The notes: generated by a model from the sequence alone, not told the origin. 64,000 bases of DNA from Bacteroidota bacterium (GCA_016722375.1 JADKJG010000002.1:268389-332388); one strand, 5' to 3'. Shown: positions 1 through 11,521, counted from the stretch's first letter. Program-made: numbers and translations.

Positions 1-179
1 CTGATTCAATTGCAAAGTTTTTACACAGACTATCGGAAATAATTTACAAGGCTGAGATTGACAACTCTGCCACTGCTTCTGCGTATCCTATATATAAATA
101 CGCAATTATGAAGTGGATATCTCTACTCGTTTGGATATTGTTTTGGATGGCACTAATTTTCTCGTAACACACGAGATAG

Positions 180-3002
180 TTATAGTTTCATCACCCGTGT
201 GATGGCGCTTTTGTTTCCCACATAGGTTTTGATAAGGTATATGCCTATCGGGGCATCATTCCCTGATGAGTTTTTGCCATCCCAAATCAACTGCTTGCCG
301 CTCGTTTTTGGAATTCTTTTCAATAGCGTTCCATTTAGATCAAATACATCGGCATAAACCTCCCCTCCATCTCCATCATTTCTTTTCATTGAAGTAGCAT
401 GATGGAAAGGATTTGGATAATAATTGATAGACAGAATATTTGTTGGATCTTCCTTTATTGAAGATGGAGTAAATATCTTGTTGGAATAAATACCGTTTCC
501 GTGGGTGGCCACCACGATGGTGTTGTCGAAAGTGCGGGAGGTAATCATGTTGACGTTTACATTGCCGATAGTGTTGGCGCCCTCTTGCGTCCAGATAGTT
601 TGTGTGCCTTTCAATAGGTCGGTGGAGTATAATCCGGTACTGGTTCCTACAAAATAGCGGAGGGTGGTTCCGTCGTTATAAATATGCCCCCAGAATACTG
701 CGGGGCCGTTACCCGTCCCATCCGGATTCTGTTCCAGATTGCCGCTTACGTCCATCCAAGAGGCTCCGCCATCAATCGTATAAAAGACACTTCTTACTCC
801 GTAGTTAGAAAAAGTAACCAGCACTCTGTTGGAATCTAACCGGTCCGCTTCCACGCAGCTAACGTAGGCGCCAGTTGGGAAGTCGGTACCGGTGATGCCT
901 TGTCTGCTTGCCGCCACATTTGTTTTACAGCCAGAGATTTTAAATACCTGCCCGTCAGAAGTCCCAAAGTAGAGCAGATCGGTATTGGCTTCGCTGATGT
1001 CTAAGGAAGAAATTTTGGGAGCAAAAATGCTATTGCCCATGCTGCTGCCCTGAAGTGTTTTCCATCCTTGAGTGATAGGCAGTTTTTCGTTCTCCGTTAT
1101 GGGAATGTAGTTCAAGGAATCGTTTCGACGGATGACGTTCCCTGATACATACATCACGTTATCATCCAGCGGGTCGAGAATAAAGGGATTGATGAATCCG
1201 TATCCGCCGCCGCCTTTCTGGTCAATGCGGGTTCTTCGGAGTTGTTCGCCATTATCTCCTAATGTCAATTTGTAAAGTTTGCCATTCTGCCAGCTCAAGT
1301 AGTAAATCAATTCGCTTTTCTTTTCAGTACCTTTTGGACTTGGATAATATTTGTTATGCGCTATAGCACAGTATGAGCCATCACCATAAAACACCTTTGC
1401 CCAAGGTTGCTTGTAATCCGCTGTATTGGTAAAATAAGTTCCGTTGTCCTGCAAACCTCCAACAATGACTTCGCTAGTAGTATTGCCCGGTTCGATTGCA
1501 CAAGTGTAAAACTGCCCGGTGTTATATCCGTTGTTGAGAGAACTCCAGGCAACGGTGGGTGCAAGAATATTTTCTGATTTAATCACACCGCCATCGCTTC
1601 CCGAAATGGCCACCGACGGGTTGGATGGAAGAAATAGAAGTTTGTGTTCATCCGAATGGTGATTGGGATAACTGTAACCAGAAAAGCTCAAAGCAGTATC
1701 GCAACGATAGCCGCCCACCCAATCATAAATAGGAGAGGAGAAGCCATCATAAGAGCGGTAAAGATTGGTTCCGCCTATAATCACAATGTTTGTGTCGAGC
1801 GGATGAACCACCACGAGCAGATTATAGGAACTTTGCGAATTGAATTTCTGAACATCAAAGTTATCCCAAGTAAAGCAATGGTCATTTGGGATATTGTTGG
1901 TCCGATTAATCCATTGCCCACCGGTTGAACTTCCATCTCCGGAAAGGTAGTGATACTTCCAAAGACTGTGACCAGTTGCGCCCACCCCGGGTGTTTGAGC
2001 AATAAAATATACCTGCGATTCATCACTGGGTGCAATGCCAATTTCAATGCGACTATAAGAGCCTGCAAATCCGATGGGTGTGATGTTGGTCCAATTTACT
2101 CCATCGGTACTTCTGTAGATTCCTCCGGATGATTCACTGATGTTTTCTTTTGATATCGTAGCATACATAACCCCAGTAGAGGTTATTGCTACGTCTGTGT
2201 ACATAGATATTCCCGCGACCGCGGTATCAAGTCCCAGGACGGATGTCCAACTAATTCCACCGTCTGTACTTCGCCAAATGCCGTTGATAACTGCGGCAAG
2301 GACTTCATCTTCATTGCTGTTTGCAGGGTTGGTAGCTATTTCCCATACAAAGTCAAAATCTCTTTTACTCTCTAAGGTAGTGGGGGTATTTGAAATAGTA
2401 GAAGGAAGTTGGGTCCAATTTTTCCCTCCGTTGATTGATTTGAAAATTCCATCGCCTGAGAACCGAGCAGAAAAACTAGAAGCACTGACAATGGCATATT
2501 CTTCACCGGTACCATAATACCAGGTATCTGTTTTGCCAATTCTTTTGTCTTGTGCTACGCAGGTAGTAGAGTGCAATTGAAGGGGAGCCGTAGTTTTGGA
2601 AAAGCTGGCTCCTCCATCAGTACTTCGCCACATACCACCAGAAACCTGCCCGGCCAGAATGATGTCTTCATCGGTTATATCCAAGGACAACGCCCTAGTT
2701 CTTCCCCCCAGATTATAGGGTCCCCGATTTTGCCATTCCGTACTTCTTGATGCCGCATTACGCTGTGGCAAAGATGTAACAAACAAAAGTTCTTGTCGTC
2801 GAATGTTTATTGGAATTTCTCCGGTTTTAGGATCGCGCAAGCGTTCATAATTATATTGGGCTAAACCTTCGCGATCATCCGGCATTTCTGCGGCATTCAA
2901 TGACTGTCTGTTTTCTTTAAACGAAAAGGATGATTGCGCCATCCAAAGAGTATAGAAGAGAGAGAATCCAAGTACCGTGAAAGCTAATAGGTATTTTTTC
3001 AT
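180..3002 (-). CDS. Secreted BNR/Asp-box repeat beta-propeller protein (sialidase/xyloglucanase-like fold) with a T9SS type A C-terminal sorting domain
   Basis: 940-aa ORF with an N-terminal signal peptide (MKKYLLAFTVLGFSLF). Repeated Asp-box motifs S-x-D-x-G-x-(S/T)-W (WRSTDGGASF, WRSTDGGISW, YRSTDGVNW, YTIDGGASW). The last ~80 aa (YYPNPF...GIYLIKTYVGNKS) resemble a Por secretion tail. Confidence 0.75.
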   Translation of the reverse strand: MKKYLLAFTVLGFSLFYTLWMAQSSFSFKENRQSLNAAEMPDDREGLAQYNYERLRDPKTGEIPINIRRQELLFVTSLPQRNAASRSTEWQNRGPYNLGGRTRALSLDITDEDIILAGQVSGGMWRSTDGGASFSKTTAPLQLHSTTCVAQDKRIGKTDTWYYGTGEEYAIVSASSFSARFSGDGIFKSINGGKNWTQLPSTISNTPTTLESKRDFDFVWEIATNPANSNEDEVLAAVINGIWRSTDGGISWTSVLGLDTAVAGISMYTDVAITSTGVMYATISKENISESSGGIYRSTDGVNWTNITPIGFAGSYSRIEIGIAPSDESQVYFIAQTPGVGATGHSLWKYHYLSGDGSSTGGQWINRTNNIPNDHCFTWDNFDVQKFNSQSSYNLLVVVHPLDTNIVIIGGTNLYRSYDGFSSPIYDWVGGYRCDTALSFSGYSYPNHHSDEHKLLFLPSNPSVAISGSDGGVIKSENILAPTVAWSSLNNGYNTGQFYTCAIEPGNTTSEVIVGGLQDNGTYFTNTADYKQPWAKVFYGDGSYCAIAHNKYYPSPKGTEKKSELIYYLSWQNGKLYKLTLGDNGEQLRRTRIDQKGGGGYGFINPFILDPLDDNVMYVSGNVIRRNDSLNYIPITENEKLPITQGWKTLQGSSMGNSIFAPKISSLDISEANTDLLYFGTSDGQVFKISGCKTNVAASRQGITGTDFPTGAYVSCVEADRLDSNRVLVTFSNYGVRSVFYTIDGGASWMDVSGNLEQNPDGTGNGPAVFWGHIYNDGTTLRYFVGTSTGLYSTDLLKGTQTIWTQEGANTIGNVNVNMITSRTFDNTIVVATHGNGIYSNKIFTPSSIKEDPTNILSINYYPNPFHHATSMKRNDGDGGEVYADVFDLNGTLLKRIPKTSGKQLIWDGKNSSGNDAPIGIYLIKTYVGNKSAITRVMKL

Positions 3003-3081
3003 AATTCTGTTGAAGGATAGAACGATCCAAAAATAAATTTTTGAAACTCAGCGAATGTTAGATGCCGGAAATAGAGGAAAA

Positions 3082-3444
3082 TCAATCGGTCGGGTTATCG
3101 CTACCTTCACTAGAAGGATATCCATCTACCGCCGGAAGGTTAAAATCTCCGGCAGGATTGTCTTTAATAACGTCTAAATCAATCTCTTGAAAATTATTAT
3201 TCAATAGTCCGGTAGCTGGATCGAAATAATCTTTGTGCCTCGTAATGATATTGCCATCCTCATCTAACGAATCAGGTAAAGCGGAGGCATCGGCAGAAGG
3301 TGTAATAGCTCCGTCCAGTATAATTGGAGTTTCTTCCAAATAATTGTCGTCATTAAAATCTGTCCGATTATTTAATTTAGAATCTTCCATACAACCTGCC
3401 ATAAAGAGCAAGAGCAACAAAACATAATTTTTGATTAAAAGCAC
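3082..3444 (-). CDS. Hypothetical lipoprotein
   Basis: 120-aa ORF with a GTG start. Lipobox-like N-terminus LLLLFMAGC. Acidic, low-complexity mature part. No recognisable family. Confidence 0.45.
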   Translation of the reverse strand: MLLIKNYVLLLLLFMAGCMEDSKLNNRTDFNDDNYLEETPIILDGAITPSADASALPDSLDEDGNIITRHKDYFDPATGLLNNNFQEIDLDVIKDNPAGDFNLPAVDGYPSSEGSDNPTD

Positions 3445-3582
3445 AGGATAAAAGTAAGGGAAAAAATAAGGCTTAACGTTAAATAATTAAATATTTGGCT
3501 ACTCAGCAACACTTGTTGATTAATAACAAAGGGAATATCCCCGGTCTGATTATTTTCGCCCCTCTTTTTAACGTGAAATAAT

Positions 3583-4524
3583 ATGGATAAACCTGAAAGA
3601 ATACATTGCTTAATTGTCGGATCGGGGCCAGCCGGCTACACTGCTGCGATTTATGCTGCTCGTGCTAACCTCAAGCCTATGATGTACACCGGATTACTTC
3701 AGGGGGGGCAATTAATGAATACAACCGATGTAGAAAACTATCCGGGGTATGCAGATGGCGTTTTAGGGCCTGAGATGATGGAGGATTTTAAAAAGCAGGC
3801 TGAGCGTTTCGGAACAGACATCCGTTTTGGCATGGCAACTAAGGTTGCTTTTTCTGTTAGTCCTAAAAAGGTTTGGATTGACGATGAGAAGATAATTGAA
3901 GCAGATGTAGTGATATTAGCGACCGGTGCAGAAGCTAAATGGTTAGGGCTGCCCGGTGAAAAACGATTGAATGGTTCCGGAGTGAGTGCCTGTGCGGTTT
4001 GCGATGGCTTCTTTTATAAAGGAACAGAAGTGGCCATTGTAGGAGCAGGAGACACCGCCTGTGAAGAGGCAATATACTTGGCCAAACTTTGCACCAAGGT
4101 TCACATGATTATTCGCCGCGATGAAATGAGGGCCAGTAAAATTATGCAGGATCGGGTGCAGAATACAAAGAATATTCAGGTCTATTGGAATAGCGAAACC
4201 GATGAGATTCTGGGAGAAAATGTAGTAGAGTCGGTAAGAATCCACAATAACAAAACAGGAGAGAAGATTACTATTCCTATTTCGGGTTTTTTTGTCGCTA
4301 TTGGTCATCAGCCAAACTCGGAGGTATTCAAAGATTTCATTAAGACGGATAAAGAAGGGTATGTTCTTACGGCACCAGATTCTACCAAGACCAATGTAGA
4401 AGGCGTCTTTGCATGTGGCGACTTACAGGACAAAACATTTCGTCAGGCGGTGACTGCCGCAGGGACGGGTTGTATGGCCGCGTTGGAAGCAGAAAGATGG
4501 TTGAGCGCACACGGCATTCATTAA
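3583..4524 (+). CDS. trxB: Thioredoxin-disulfide reductase
   Basis: 313 aa. FAD-binding motif GSGPAGYTAAIYAARA, redox-active CAVCDG motif, NADPH-binding motif VGAGDTACEEA. Confidence 0.95.
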   Translation: MDKPERIHCLIVGSGPAGYTAAIYAARANLKPMMYTGLLQGGQLMNTTDVENYPGYADGVLGPEMMEDFKKQAERFGTDIRFGMATKVAFSVSPKKVWIDDEKIIEADVVILATGAEAKWLGLPGEKRLNGSGVSACAVCDGFFYKGTEVAIVGAGDTACEEAIYLAKLCTKVHMIIRRDEMRASKIMQDRVQNTKNIQVYWNSETDEILGENVVESVRIHNNKTGEKITIPISGFFVAIGHQPNSEVFKDFIKTDKEGYVLTAPDSTKTNVEGVFACGDLQDKTFRQAVTAAGTGCMAALEAERWLSAHGIH

Positions 4525-4588
4525 TAGGTAGAAGTAGTCGAGTACAATAAAGAATGAAGAATTGCGTTTTTTTAATTACGTTTATATT

Positions 4589-5298
4589 ATGAATCTGGTT
4601 TACCGTTTTCTTGTCCTGTTTCTTGTTTTCGTTTTGACTGGGTCTTTTGTCCTCCAGAAGCAAAATGAGTCATGGATTTATCAGCGCGAAAAGCAAGGAA
4701 TCAAGGTGTTTACCAAGAAAAGCATTTGGGGTAAACTGCGGGATTCGAAGGCAGTGATGCAGGTAGCCGCGACTCCGGAGCAAATGCTTCTTACGCTTAC
4801 AGATTTTGACAATTATAAATCTTGGGTACCTCGTTGCGGAAAGTCCCGCCTGCTAGCTCGTTTGAATGACAACGAATTTATAGCTTACCTATATTTTGAT
4901 GCTCCGTGGCCTGTGAAAAATAGAGATTGTGTAATTCGGGTAAAAATCGAAAAGAATCCTGCAAGTGGAGTCATTACATTGACTCAAACATCCGAGCCCA
5001 AATATATTCGAGAGGAATCTGACGTGGTTCGCATAGAGCAACTTGTTTCTCGTTGGTCACTTATTCCTAAAAAAGAAGGAGGCGCTACCGTTATCAACGA
5101 ATACTCATCCAATCCGGGTGAAGCCTTCCCGATTGGATGACGAATACTCAAAGTGTTGAAAATCCGATGGAAACCTTTGAAAATCTGCAACAGAAGATTG
5201 CTAAAGAAAATAAGCACTACACAACTTTTCCACAACACTCTTTTCCCTCCTCCTGTTTCATTAGTTTCGCGATTAGTTGTCGGTTCTCCGGCTTCTAA
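4589..5298 (+). pseudogene. START/SRPBCC lipid-binding domain protein, C-terminus displaced by a 1-nt frameshift near 5118-5123
   Basis: The ORF 4562..5140 has the START-like pattern (W..QREKQGIKVF..., APWPVKNRDCV). It stops at NPGEAFPIG-TGA. The next frame continues with SLPDWMTNTQSVENPMETFENLQQKIAKE, the expected C-terminal helix. One missing base in codon ga? after aat ccg ggt restores a single ORF. Confidence 0.6.
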
Positions 5299-5321
5299 TT
5301 TCTAACTTTTAATTTCTAGAC

Positions 5322-8300
5322 ATGCCTGAATTTATACATCTCCACTCACATACCCAGTATTCACTTTTGGATGGCGCAGCTTCTATTTCAGGTATGTATG
5401 CCAAAGCAGCTAAAGATGGAATGAAAGGCTTAGCGATTACCGACCACGGCAATATGTTCGGCGTCTTTGATTTTGTCGCCGAAGCCACCAAGCATAAACT
5501 TGCGGACGGAAGTTCTATAAAGCCAATTGTAGGATGTGAATTCTATTTGGTCGCTGATAGACAGAAAAAGACTTTCACCAAAGAAGATAAGGACAAACGT
5601 TTTCATCAGTTATTGATTGCGAAGAATGCAGACGGGTATAAAAATCTGGTGAAGCTTTGTTCTCTGGGATACACGGAGGGTATGTATGGCAAATACCCGC
5701 GCGTGGATAAAGAACTTATTTTAAAGTACCACAAAAACCTGATTGCCACTACTTGTTGCATTGGGGCAGAAGTTCCTCAAGCTATCTTAAAGAAGGGAGA
5801 AGCAGAAGGAAGAAAGGTATTTGAATCGTGGTATGATTTGTTTGGTGAAGACTATTATATCGAATTGCAGCGTCATGGAATGGGCGAACAGGACAAGGTG
5901 AATGAGGTTCTGTTGAAGTTTGCAAAAGAATATAAGGTGAAAGTCATTGCGACTAACGATTCCCACTACGTTGACCAGAAAGACAGCAACGCCCACGATA
6001 TTCTTCTTTGTATTAACACAGGCGAAAAGCAAAGCACTCCAACCTTCAAAGAGTTCTCGGATGATGATACCCAGCAAAAAGGCAAACGCTTCGCCTTCTT
6101 CAATGACCAATTCTATTTCAAAACGCAGGCAGAAATGGCAGCACTATTTAGTGATTTGCCCGAAGCCCTTGATAACACGCATGACATTTTAGGTAAAGTG
6201 GAAACACTCAAATTGAAGCAGGACATCATGCTGCCTAATTTCCCTATCCCAAAAGAATATCAAATACATCAGGACAGTGTACTTAATCAATGGGAATATT
6301 TGAAACATCTGGCCTTTGAAGGTGCCAAGAAGCGGTATAAAGAAATTAGTCCCGAAGTGGAGGACCGGTTGAACTTCGAGTTATTCACCATCAAGACGAT
6401 GGGTTTTGCCGGGTACTTCCTGATAGTTGCAGACTTTATTCAAGCCGGTAGGGATTTAGGTGTGGTCATTGGGCCGGGCAGAGGTTCAGCAGCAGGAAGT
6501 GTAGTTGCTTATTGTATAGGCATCACCAACATTGATCCCATTGCTTATAATTTACTCTTCGAGCGTTTCTTGAATCCAGACCGAAAGTCAATGCCCGATA
6601 TAGACACTGACTTTGATGATGAAGGTCGCGATAAGGTGATTGACTATGTGGTGAAAAAATATGGCAGGAATCAGGTGGCGCAGATTGTTACCTATAGCAC
6701 CATGGCGGCCAAGGTCAGCATCAAGGACGTGGCACGGGTGCTTGACCTTCCTTTGAATGAATCTCTTGCTCTGACAAAATTAGTTCCGGACAAACCCGGG
6801 ATGGAATTAAACCGGCTACTCCATGCCGACATTGAAGGAGATGGAGGGTTGAAGAAGAAAGAATCCCTATCATCCGAAGAAATTGAGGATGTCAAAAAGC
6901 TTCGTGAAGTTTATGCTAAAGATGATCTGGGAAGCAAAGTATTGCACGAGGCAGAAGTTTTAGAAGGCGGTGTGCGCGGTACCGGTGTTCATGCTGCCGG
7001 AATCATCATTGCGCCGACTGATATCACCGATATACTGCCGGTTGCTACTTCTAAAGAAACCGACCTTTATTTGACCCAATATCAGGGAAAAGTGATTGAA
7101 GACGCAGGCGTTATCAAGATGGACTTTTTGGGTTTAAAGACTCTGACTATTATTCGAGATGCTTTAAAACTGATTAAGAAAAACCACGGTGTTGAGATAG
7201 ACATTGATACTATTCCTTTGGATGATGCCAAAACATTTGAATTATACCAACACGGCGAAACTAACGGCACATTCCAATTTGAAAGTGCCGGAATGCAGAA
7301 GTATCTCAAAGAATTAAAGCCTGATAAATTTGATGACCTTATTGCGATGAATGCACTCTATCGTCCGGGTCCTATCGCTTATATTCCAAACTTTATACTT
7401 CGGAAACATGGTAAAGAACAGATCAGCTATGACCTTCCAGAAATGGAGGAGTATTTGAAAGACACCTATGGCATAACCGTATATCAAGAGCAGGTGATGC
7501 TTCTGTCACAAAAGTTGGCAGGATTCAGCAAGGGAGATGCCGATGTGTTGCGCAAAGCGATGGGGAAGAAGGATAGAAAGACGCTCGACAAAATGAAGAG
7601 TAAATTCATGGAGGGGTCTTTGTCGAACGGGCTGGCTGATAAATCTTTGGAAAAAATTTGGACCGACTGGGAAGCCTTCGCTCAATATGCCTTCAATAAA
7701 TCACACTCCACCTGCTATGCTTTCGTGGCGTTCCAAACAGCTTATCTAAAAGCCAATTATCCGGCGGAGTATATGAGCGCTGTGCTTTCCAACAACCAAG
7801 GGAACATAGATAAAATCACCTTCTTTATGGAAGAGTGCAAGCGGATGGGCCTTCCGGTTAAGGGGCCGGATATCAACGAAAGCGACATTCGTTTCTCGGT
7901 TAACAAAAAAGGAGAGATCCGCTATGCACTATCCGCTATCAAAGGAGTAGGCGATGCCGCGGTAGAAGCTATTGTTTCAGAAAGAGAGAAAAATGGTGCT
8001 TTTAAAACGATTTATGAGTTCACCAAGCGGGTAAACCTCCGATCGGTGAATAAGAAATCGGTTGAGGCACTCGCTTATGCAGGTGCCTTCGATTGTTTTG
8101 CTGAATATCATCGGGCACAATATTTCGAACCTGATATTAAAGACAAAATGAGTCTGATTGAAAAGGCTTTGAAATACGGGAGTAGTGTTCAGACCAACAC
8201 AGGGGCACAACAAAATTCTCTTTTTGGTGATGCCGGAGGCGGCTTTGATATTGCCGAACCTATATCTGTGGGCTGCGAGGAGTGGAGTTTACTCGAAAAG

Positions 8301-8921
8301 CTAAAAAAAGAAAAAGAGGTCACCGGCGTTTATATCAGTGGCCATCCGCTGGATGATTACCGCCTAGAGATTCAAACCTTTACCAATTGTAAACTGAATG
8401 ATATTGATAAAAAGAAGGACAAGGAATTAAAAATAGCTGGTATCGTTACCTCTACCGAAACCAAATATTCTAAAAACGGAAATCAGTATTGCCGATTTAC
8501 TATCGAGGATTTTGATGGGACTTACAGCCTCGCTTTGTTTGGGAAGGACTATCTCAATTTCAAAACCTTTATCGAAACACCCGGTGCTTTGTTGCACATC
8601 AACGGCAAGTATCAAACGCGATGGGACGGCAAAGAGTATGAGTTTAAAATCATCCACATTGAACTGCTCTCTGACATCAGAAACAAGTTCACCAAAAGCT
8701 TTACGATTGAATTGATTGCCTCCGACCTCAACGATAAACTCATGGCAGATTTACAAGCTATTATTTCTAAATATCCCGGAAACACCAAAATGCGCATGAA
8801 GTTTATTGACCTAGAAGAGGGGTTGTCTGTCGGGCTGAACTCATCTAACAACTCTATTGAACTGAGCAATGAACTGCTCAAGGAATTAGACCATAAGTAT
8901 GTAACTTACTCACTCAATTAG
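5322..8921 (+). CDS. dnaE: DNA polymerase III subunit alpha
   Basis: 1199 aa. N-terminal PHP domain (HLHSHTQYSLLDGA), polymerase core (GPGRGSAAGSVVAYCIGIT, DIDTDF), C-terminal OB fold. Confidence 0.97.
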   Translation: MPEFIHLHSHTQYSLLDGAASISGMYAKAAKDGMKGLAITDHGNMFGVFDFVAEATKHKLADGSSIKPIVGCEFYLVADRQKKTFTKEDKDKRFHQLLIAKNADGYKNLVKLCSLGYTEGMYGKYPRVDKELILKYHKNLIATTCCIGAEVPQAILKKGEAEGRKVFESWYDLFGEDYYIELQRHGMGEQDKVNEVLLKFAKEYKVKVIATNDSHYVDQKDSNAHDILLCINTGEKQSTPTFKEFSDDDTQQKGKRFAFFNDQFYFKTQAEMAALFSDLPEALDNTHDILGKVETLKLKQDIMLPNFPIPKEYQIHQDSVLNQWEYLKHLAFEGAKKRYKEISPEVEDRLNFELFTIKTMGFAGYFLIVADFIQAGRDLGVVIGPGRGSAAGSVVAYCIGITNIDPIAYNLLFERFLNPDRKSMPDIDTDFDDEGRDKVIDYVVKKYGRNQVAQIVTYSTMAAKVSIKDVARVLDLPLNESLALTKLVPDKPGMELNRLLHADIEGDGGLKKKESLSSEEIEDVKKLREVYAKDDLGSKVLHEAEVLEGGVRGTGVHAAGIIIAPTDITDILPVATSKETDLYLTQYQGKVIEDAGVIKMDFLGLKTLTIIRDALKLIKKNHGVEIDIDTIPLDDAKTFELYQHGETNGTFQFESAGMQKYLKELKPDKFDDLIAMNALYRPGPIAYIPNFILRKHGKEQISYDLPEMEEYLKDTYGITVYQEQVMLLSQKLAGFSKGDADVLRKAMGKKDRKTLDKMKSKFMEGSLSNGLADKSLEKIWTDWEAFAQYAFNKSHSTCYAFVAFQTAYLKANYPAEYMSAVLSNNQGNIDKITFFMEECKRMGLPVKGPDINESDIRFSVNKKGEIRYALSAIKGVGDAAVEAIVSEREKNGAFKTIYEFTKRVNLRSVNKKSVEALAYAGAFDCFAEYHRAQYFEPDIKDKMSLIEKALKYGSSVQTNTGAQQNSLFGDAGGGFDIAEPISVGCEEWSLLEKLKKEKEVTGVYISGHPLDDYRLEIQTFTNCKLNDIDKKKDKELKIAGIVTSTETKYSKNGNQYCRFTIEDFDGTYSLALFGKDYLNFKTFIETPGALLHINGKYQTRWDGKEYEFKIIHIELLSDIRNKFTKSFTIELIASDLNDKLMADLQAIISKYPGNTKMRMKFIDLEEGLSVGLNSSNNSIELSNELLKELDHKYVTYSLN

Positions 8922-8995
8922 GAATGAAGACTTTGAAATAGAAGTCATAAGGACAGACGAAATCTTCGAGCTCCGAAGTTTGATTGATTATTAGA

Positions 8996-11521
8996 TTACT
9001 TAATCAGCGTCACGCTTCCTTTCAAATAACGGGTGGTATTATCATCGAATACTACCTTAACGGAATAGGCATAAACGCCCAAAGGTGCCGGCTTGCCTTT
9101 ATAGGTTCCGTCCCACCCTTCATTAACATCATTAGACTCATATACCTTTTCGCCAACTCTATCAAAAACGCTAACCTCGGCATACCGCGTACCCAAGGCA
9201 TAAACTAGGAATAAATCATTAGCGCCGTCCCCATTTGGAGAGAATACATTTGGCACAAATACTCGTGCATTCTGATAAATGGTGATATAGTTGATTCTGG
9301 TGAAGGTGTCGTCACAACCATATTGATTGGCAGCTACGAGCACTATGGTATAAACTCCGGGAGACGTATAGGTATGTGATGGTGATCGTTGGGTAGATGA
9401 GTTGCCATCTCCAAAATCCCATACCCAGCTATCAGAGTTGGTAGATTGATTATTAAAGTTGATTGGAGAAGATTCATCACTATAGCTCGTCAGAGGAGTA
9501 GCATCAAAACTGGCCTTTGCTCCTGAGTAAACCGTTACGGTCTGAGTCGCAATATGGCTACAAGTTCCTAAATGAGCCGTCAAGATGACTGTATAACTTC
9601 CTCCAGAGTTATAGGTATGTGTTGGATTATCTACGTTTGACGTAGTTCCATCTCCAAAGTCCCATACATAACTATTACCGGTTGCCGGTGTGGAAGTATT
9701 TATAAATGAAGAGGGCATTCCGGTACAAACGGGTGTATACGTGAAAGACGCAACAGGTGTTGGATTAACATTGACTGTAACGGTTGCTGAATCTTTACAG
9801 CCATTATTATCCGTAACGGTAACCACGTAATCCGTCGTTTGTGTTGGTGTTGCTTCCGGATTCGAGATATTTGGATTATTCAAACTACCCGTTGGGCTCC
9901 AGGAATAAGTTGTACCTCCACTGGCATTTAACTGTGCAGGTTCACCACAAATATTCACTGGGGAGGGAGCGGTTATTTGCGGTAGCCCATTTACGGTGAA
10001 CGTTTTGCTGTCGCTGGCTGGACAGCCATTATTTGGGTCCGTGAAGGAATAGCTAAGGATATGCGCACCTACACCGGCAACGGCTGGATCAAAAATGCCA
10101 CTTGGATCACTGATGCCGGTACCACTCCAAGCCCCGCCCGCAGGAGAAAAACCAGTTAAAGAATCTGCCGGATTATTAATGCAAATACCATCATCATTTC
10201 CGGCATTTACAATAGGAGCAGGAGAAACCGCTATAACTATTTCATTACTTGGCAATCCCGAACAACCCTGATTATCCGCCACGCAGGTAATGGCCGCACC
10301 ATCATTCAAACTGGAAGATGTATAGGTATTGGATGCACTACTTTGAAGAACCGTGCCCCCATTAGAGAAAATATAAGTGGTATAACCGGCAGGCAAGGCC
10401 GTAAAGGTAACGGGGCTTCCCTGACAGATGGAATCTGCGCTACTGGTAATCGTGATAGCAGGAATGGGACTGACACTAATAATGATAGGTGGTGTAGGCG
10501 CGCTATTGCATCCGTCCAAGGAACCAGTAATTACTACCGTATCATTATTATTAAAGCCAGTGGAGGTGTAAGTGACACTGGCCGTATTTTGCACAGAGAC
10601 TGAATTGACTTTGAAATCATAGGAAGTAGGGCTGGGAGGCTGAGCGGTGCTTACAGAAATCGTAATAGATTCTCCTTGGCAAATGCCGGTCGTAGAAGCT
10701 GAACTATTAATTTGAGGAGTAGGTTTGACTGTTGTTTTAATAACATTGCTCCATCCGCTGGTGCATCCATTGGCATCTTTTACCAACACAATTACCTGAT
10801 TACCTTGTCCTAATTGGGTCGTAGTCCAAGTATTAGAAACCGAAGATTGTTGTTGCGAACCTCCATTATAAAAAAGATACGTGCCTTGACCTGGTGGCGT
10901 CGCAGAAAACACGACCAAATCTCCACTACATATCGTATCATTCGCAATTGAACTACTTATAGTGGCCGCAGCTGGAAGCGGGTTAGCTTTGATTGTATTG
11001 CTCGCATTACTGAAACAGCCTCCGTTACTGCCAAACACTCGTACACTATCGCCTGCTGCCAGATTGCCCTGATAGGCACTAGAAGAGGACAACTGAATAA
11101 GCGAATCATTCAGGAAAAAAGCATAAGCAGCGAACCCACTGCCAGCCGAAAATGTAGTTGGCGTTCCAGCACAAACAGGGGTAGGGAAAGAGGTAAGAGT
11201 CATGTTGGTAGCCGAGGCGTTGACGTTAAAAGTCAGTGAGTCTCCAACGGGGCCGCCAGCGGTCGTGACCATCACCCGAACAGTATGACTTCCCGGGGTT
11301 AGAAAAAATGCGATTGCCTTGGGGGTGGGGCTGCTAAAATTTCTTGGGTTACTATTTGGACCAAAACTCCACTGATAGAAACTTCCCACGATAGAGGTCG
11401 TAAACGTATCCGTACAACCGACAATCGTAGGGTTGCCGGAATGAGTGATGTTGCTAAATCCGAAGGTGCAGAATCCCAAAACAAACAGGGCAATCAGAAG
11501 TACTCGAAATGTTTTGGTCAT
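8996..11521 (-). CDS. Large cell-surface repeat protein (PKD domains) with a gliding-motility-associated / T9SS type B C-terminal domain
   Basis: 841 aa with a signal peptide. Two PKD repeats (WDFGDGTTSNVDNPTHTY, WDFGDGNSSTQRSPSHTY). C-terminus VFVPNVFSPNGDGANDLF...GWDGTYKGKPAP...VTLIK is typical of the CHU_C/type B sorting domain. Confidence 0.85.
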   Translation of the reverse strand: MTKTFRVLLIALFVLGFCTFGFSNITHSGNPTIVGCTDTFTTSIVGSFYQWSFGPNSNPRNFSSPTPKAIAFFLTPGSHTVRVMVTTAGGPVGDSLTFNVNASATNMTLTSFPTPVCAGTPTTFSAGSGFAAYAFFLNDSLIQLSSSSAYQGNLAAGDSVRVFGSNGGCFSNASNTIKANPLPAAATISSSIANDTICSGDLVVFSATPPGQGTYLFYNGGSQQQSSVSNTWTTTQLGQGNQVIVLVKDANGCTSGWSNVIKTTVKPTPQINSSASTTGICQGESITISVSTAQPPSPTSYDFKVNSVSVQNTASVTYTSTGFNNNDTVVITGSLDGCNSAPTPPIIISVSPIPAITITSSADSICQGSPVTFTALPAGYTTYIFSNGGTVLQSSASNTYTSSSLNDGAAITCVADNQGCSGLPSNEIVIAVSPAPIVNAGNDDGICINNPADSLTGFSPAGGAWSGTGISDPSGIFDPAVAGVGAHILSYSFTDPNNGCPASDSKTFTVNGLPQITAPSPVNICGEPAQLNASGGTTYSWSPTGSLNNPNISNPEATPTQTTDYVVTVTDNNGCKDSATVTVNVNPTPVASFTYTPVCTGMPSSFINTSTPATGNSYVWDFGDGTTSNVDNPTHTYNSGGSYTVILTAHLGTCSHIATQTVTVYSGAKASFDATPLTSYSDESSPINFNNQSTNSDSWVWDFGDGNSSTQRSPSHTYTSPGVYTIVLVAANQYGCDDTFTRINYITIYQNARVFVPNVFSPNGDGANDLFLVYALGTRYAEVSVFDRVGEKVYESNDVNEGWDGTYKGKPAPLGVYAYSVKVVFDDNTTRYLKGSVTLIK

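Noticed and set aside
1-179. A partial gene at the left edge of the window.
   Set aside because: The only readable frame ends after 13 codons (stop at 40-42), which is too short to identify. A weak GCGTAT..ATACGC hairpin at about 81-103 is not convincing enough to report.
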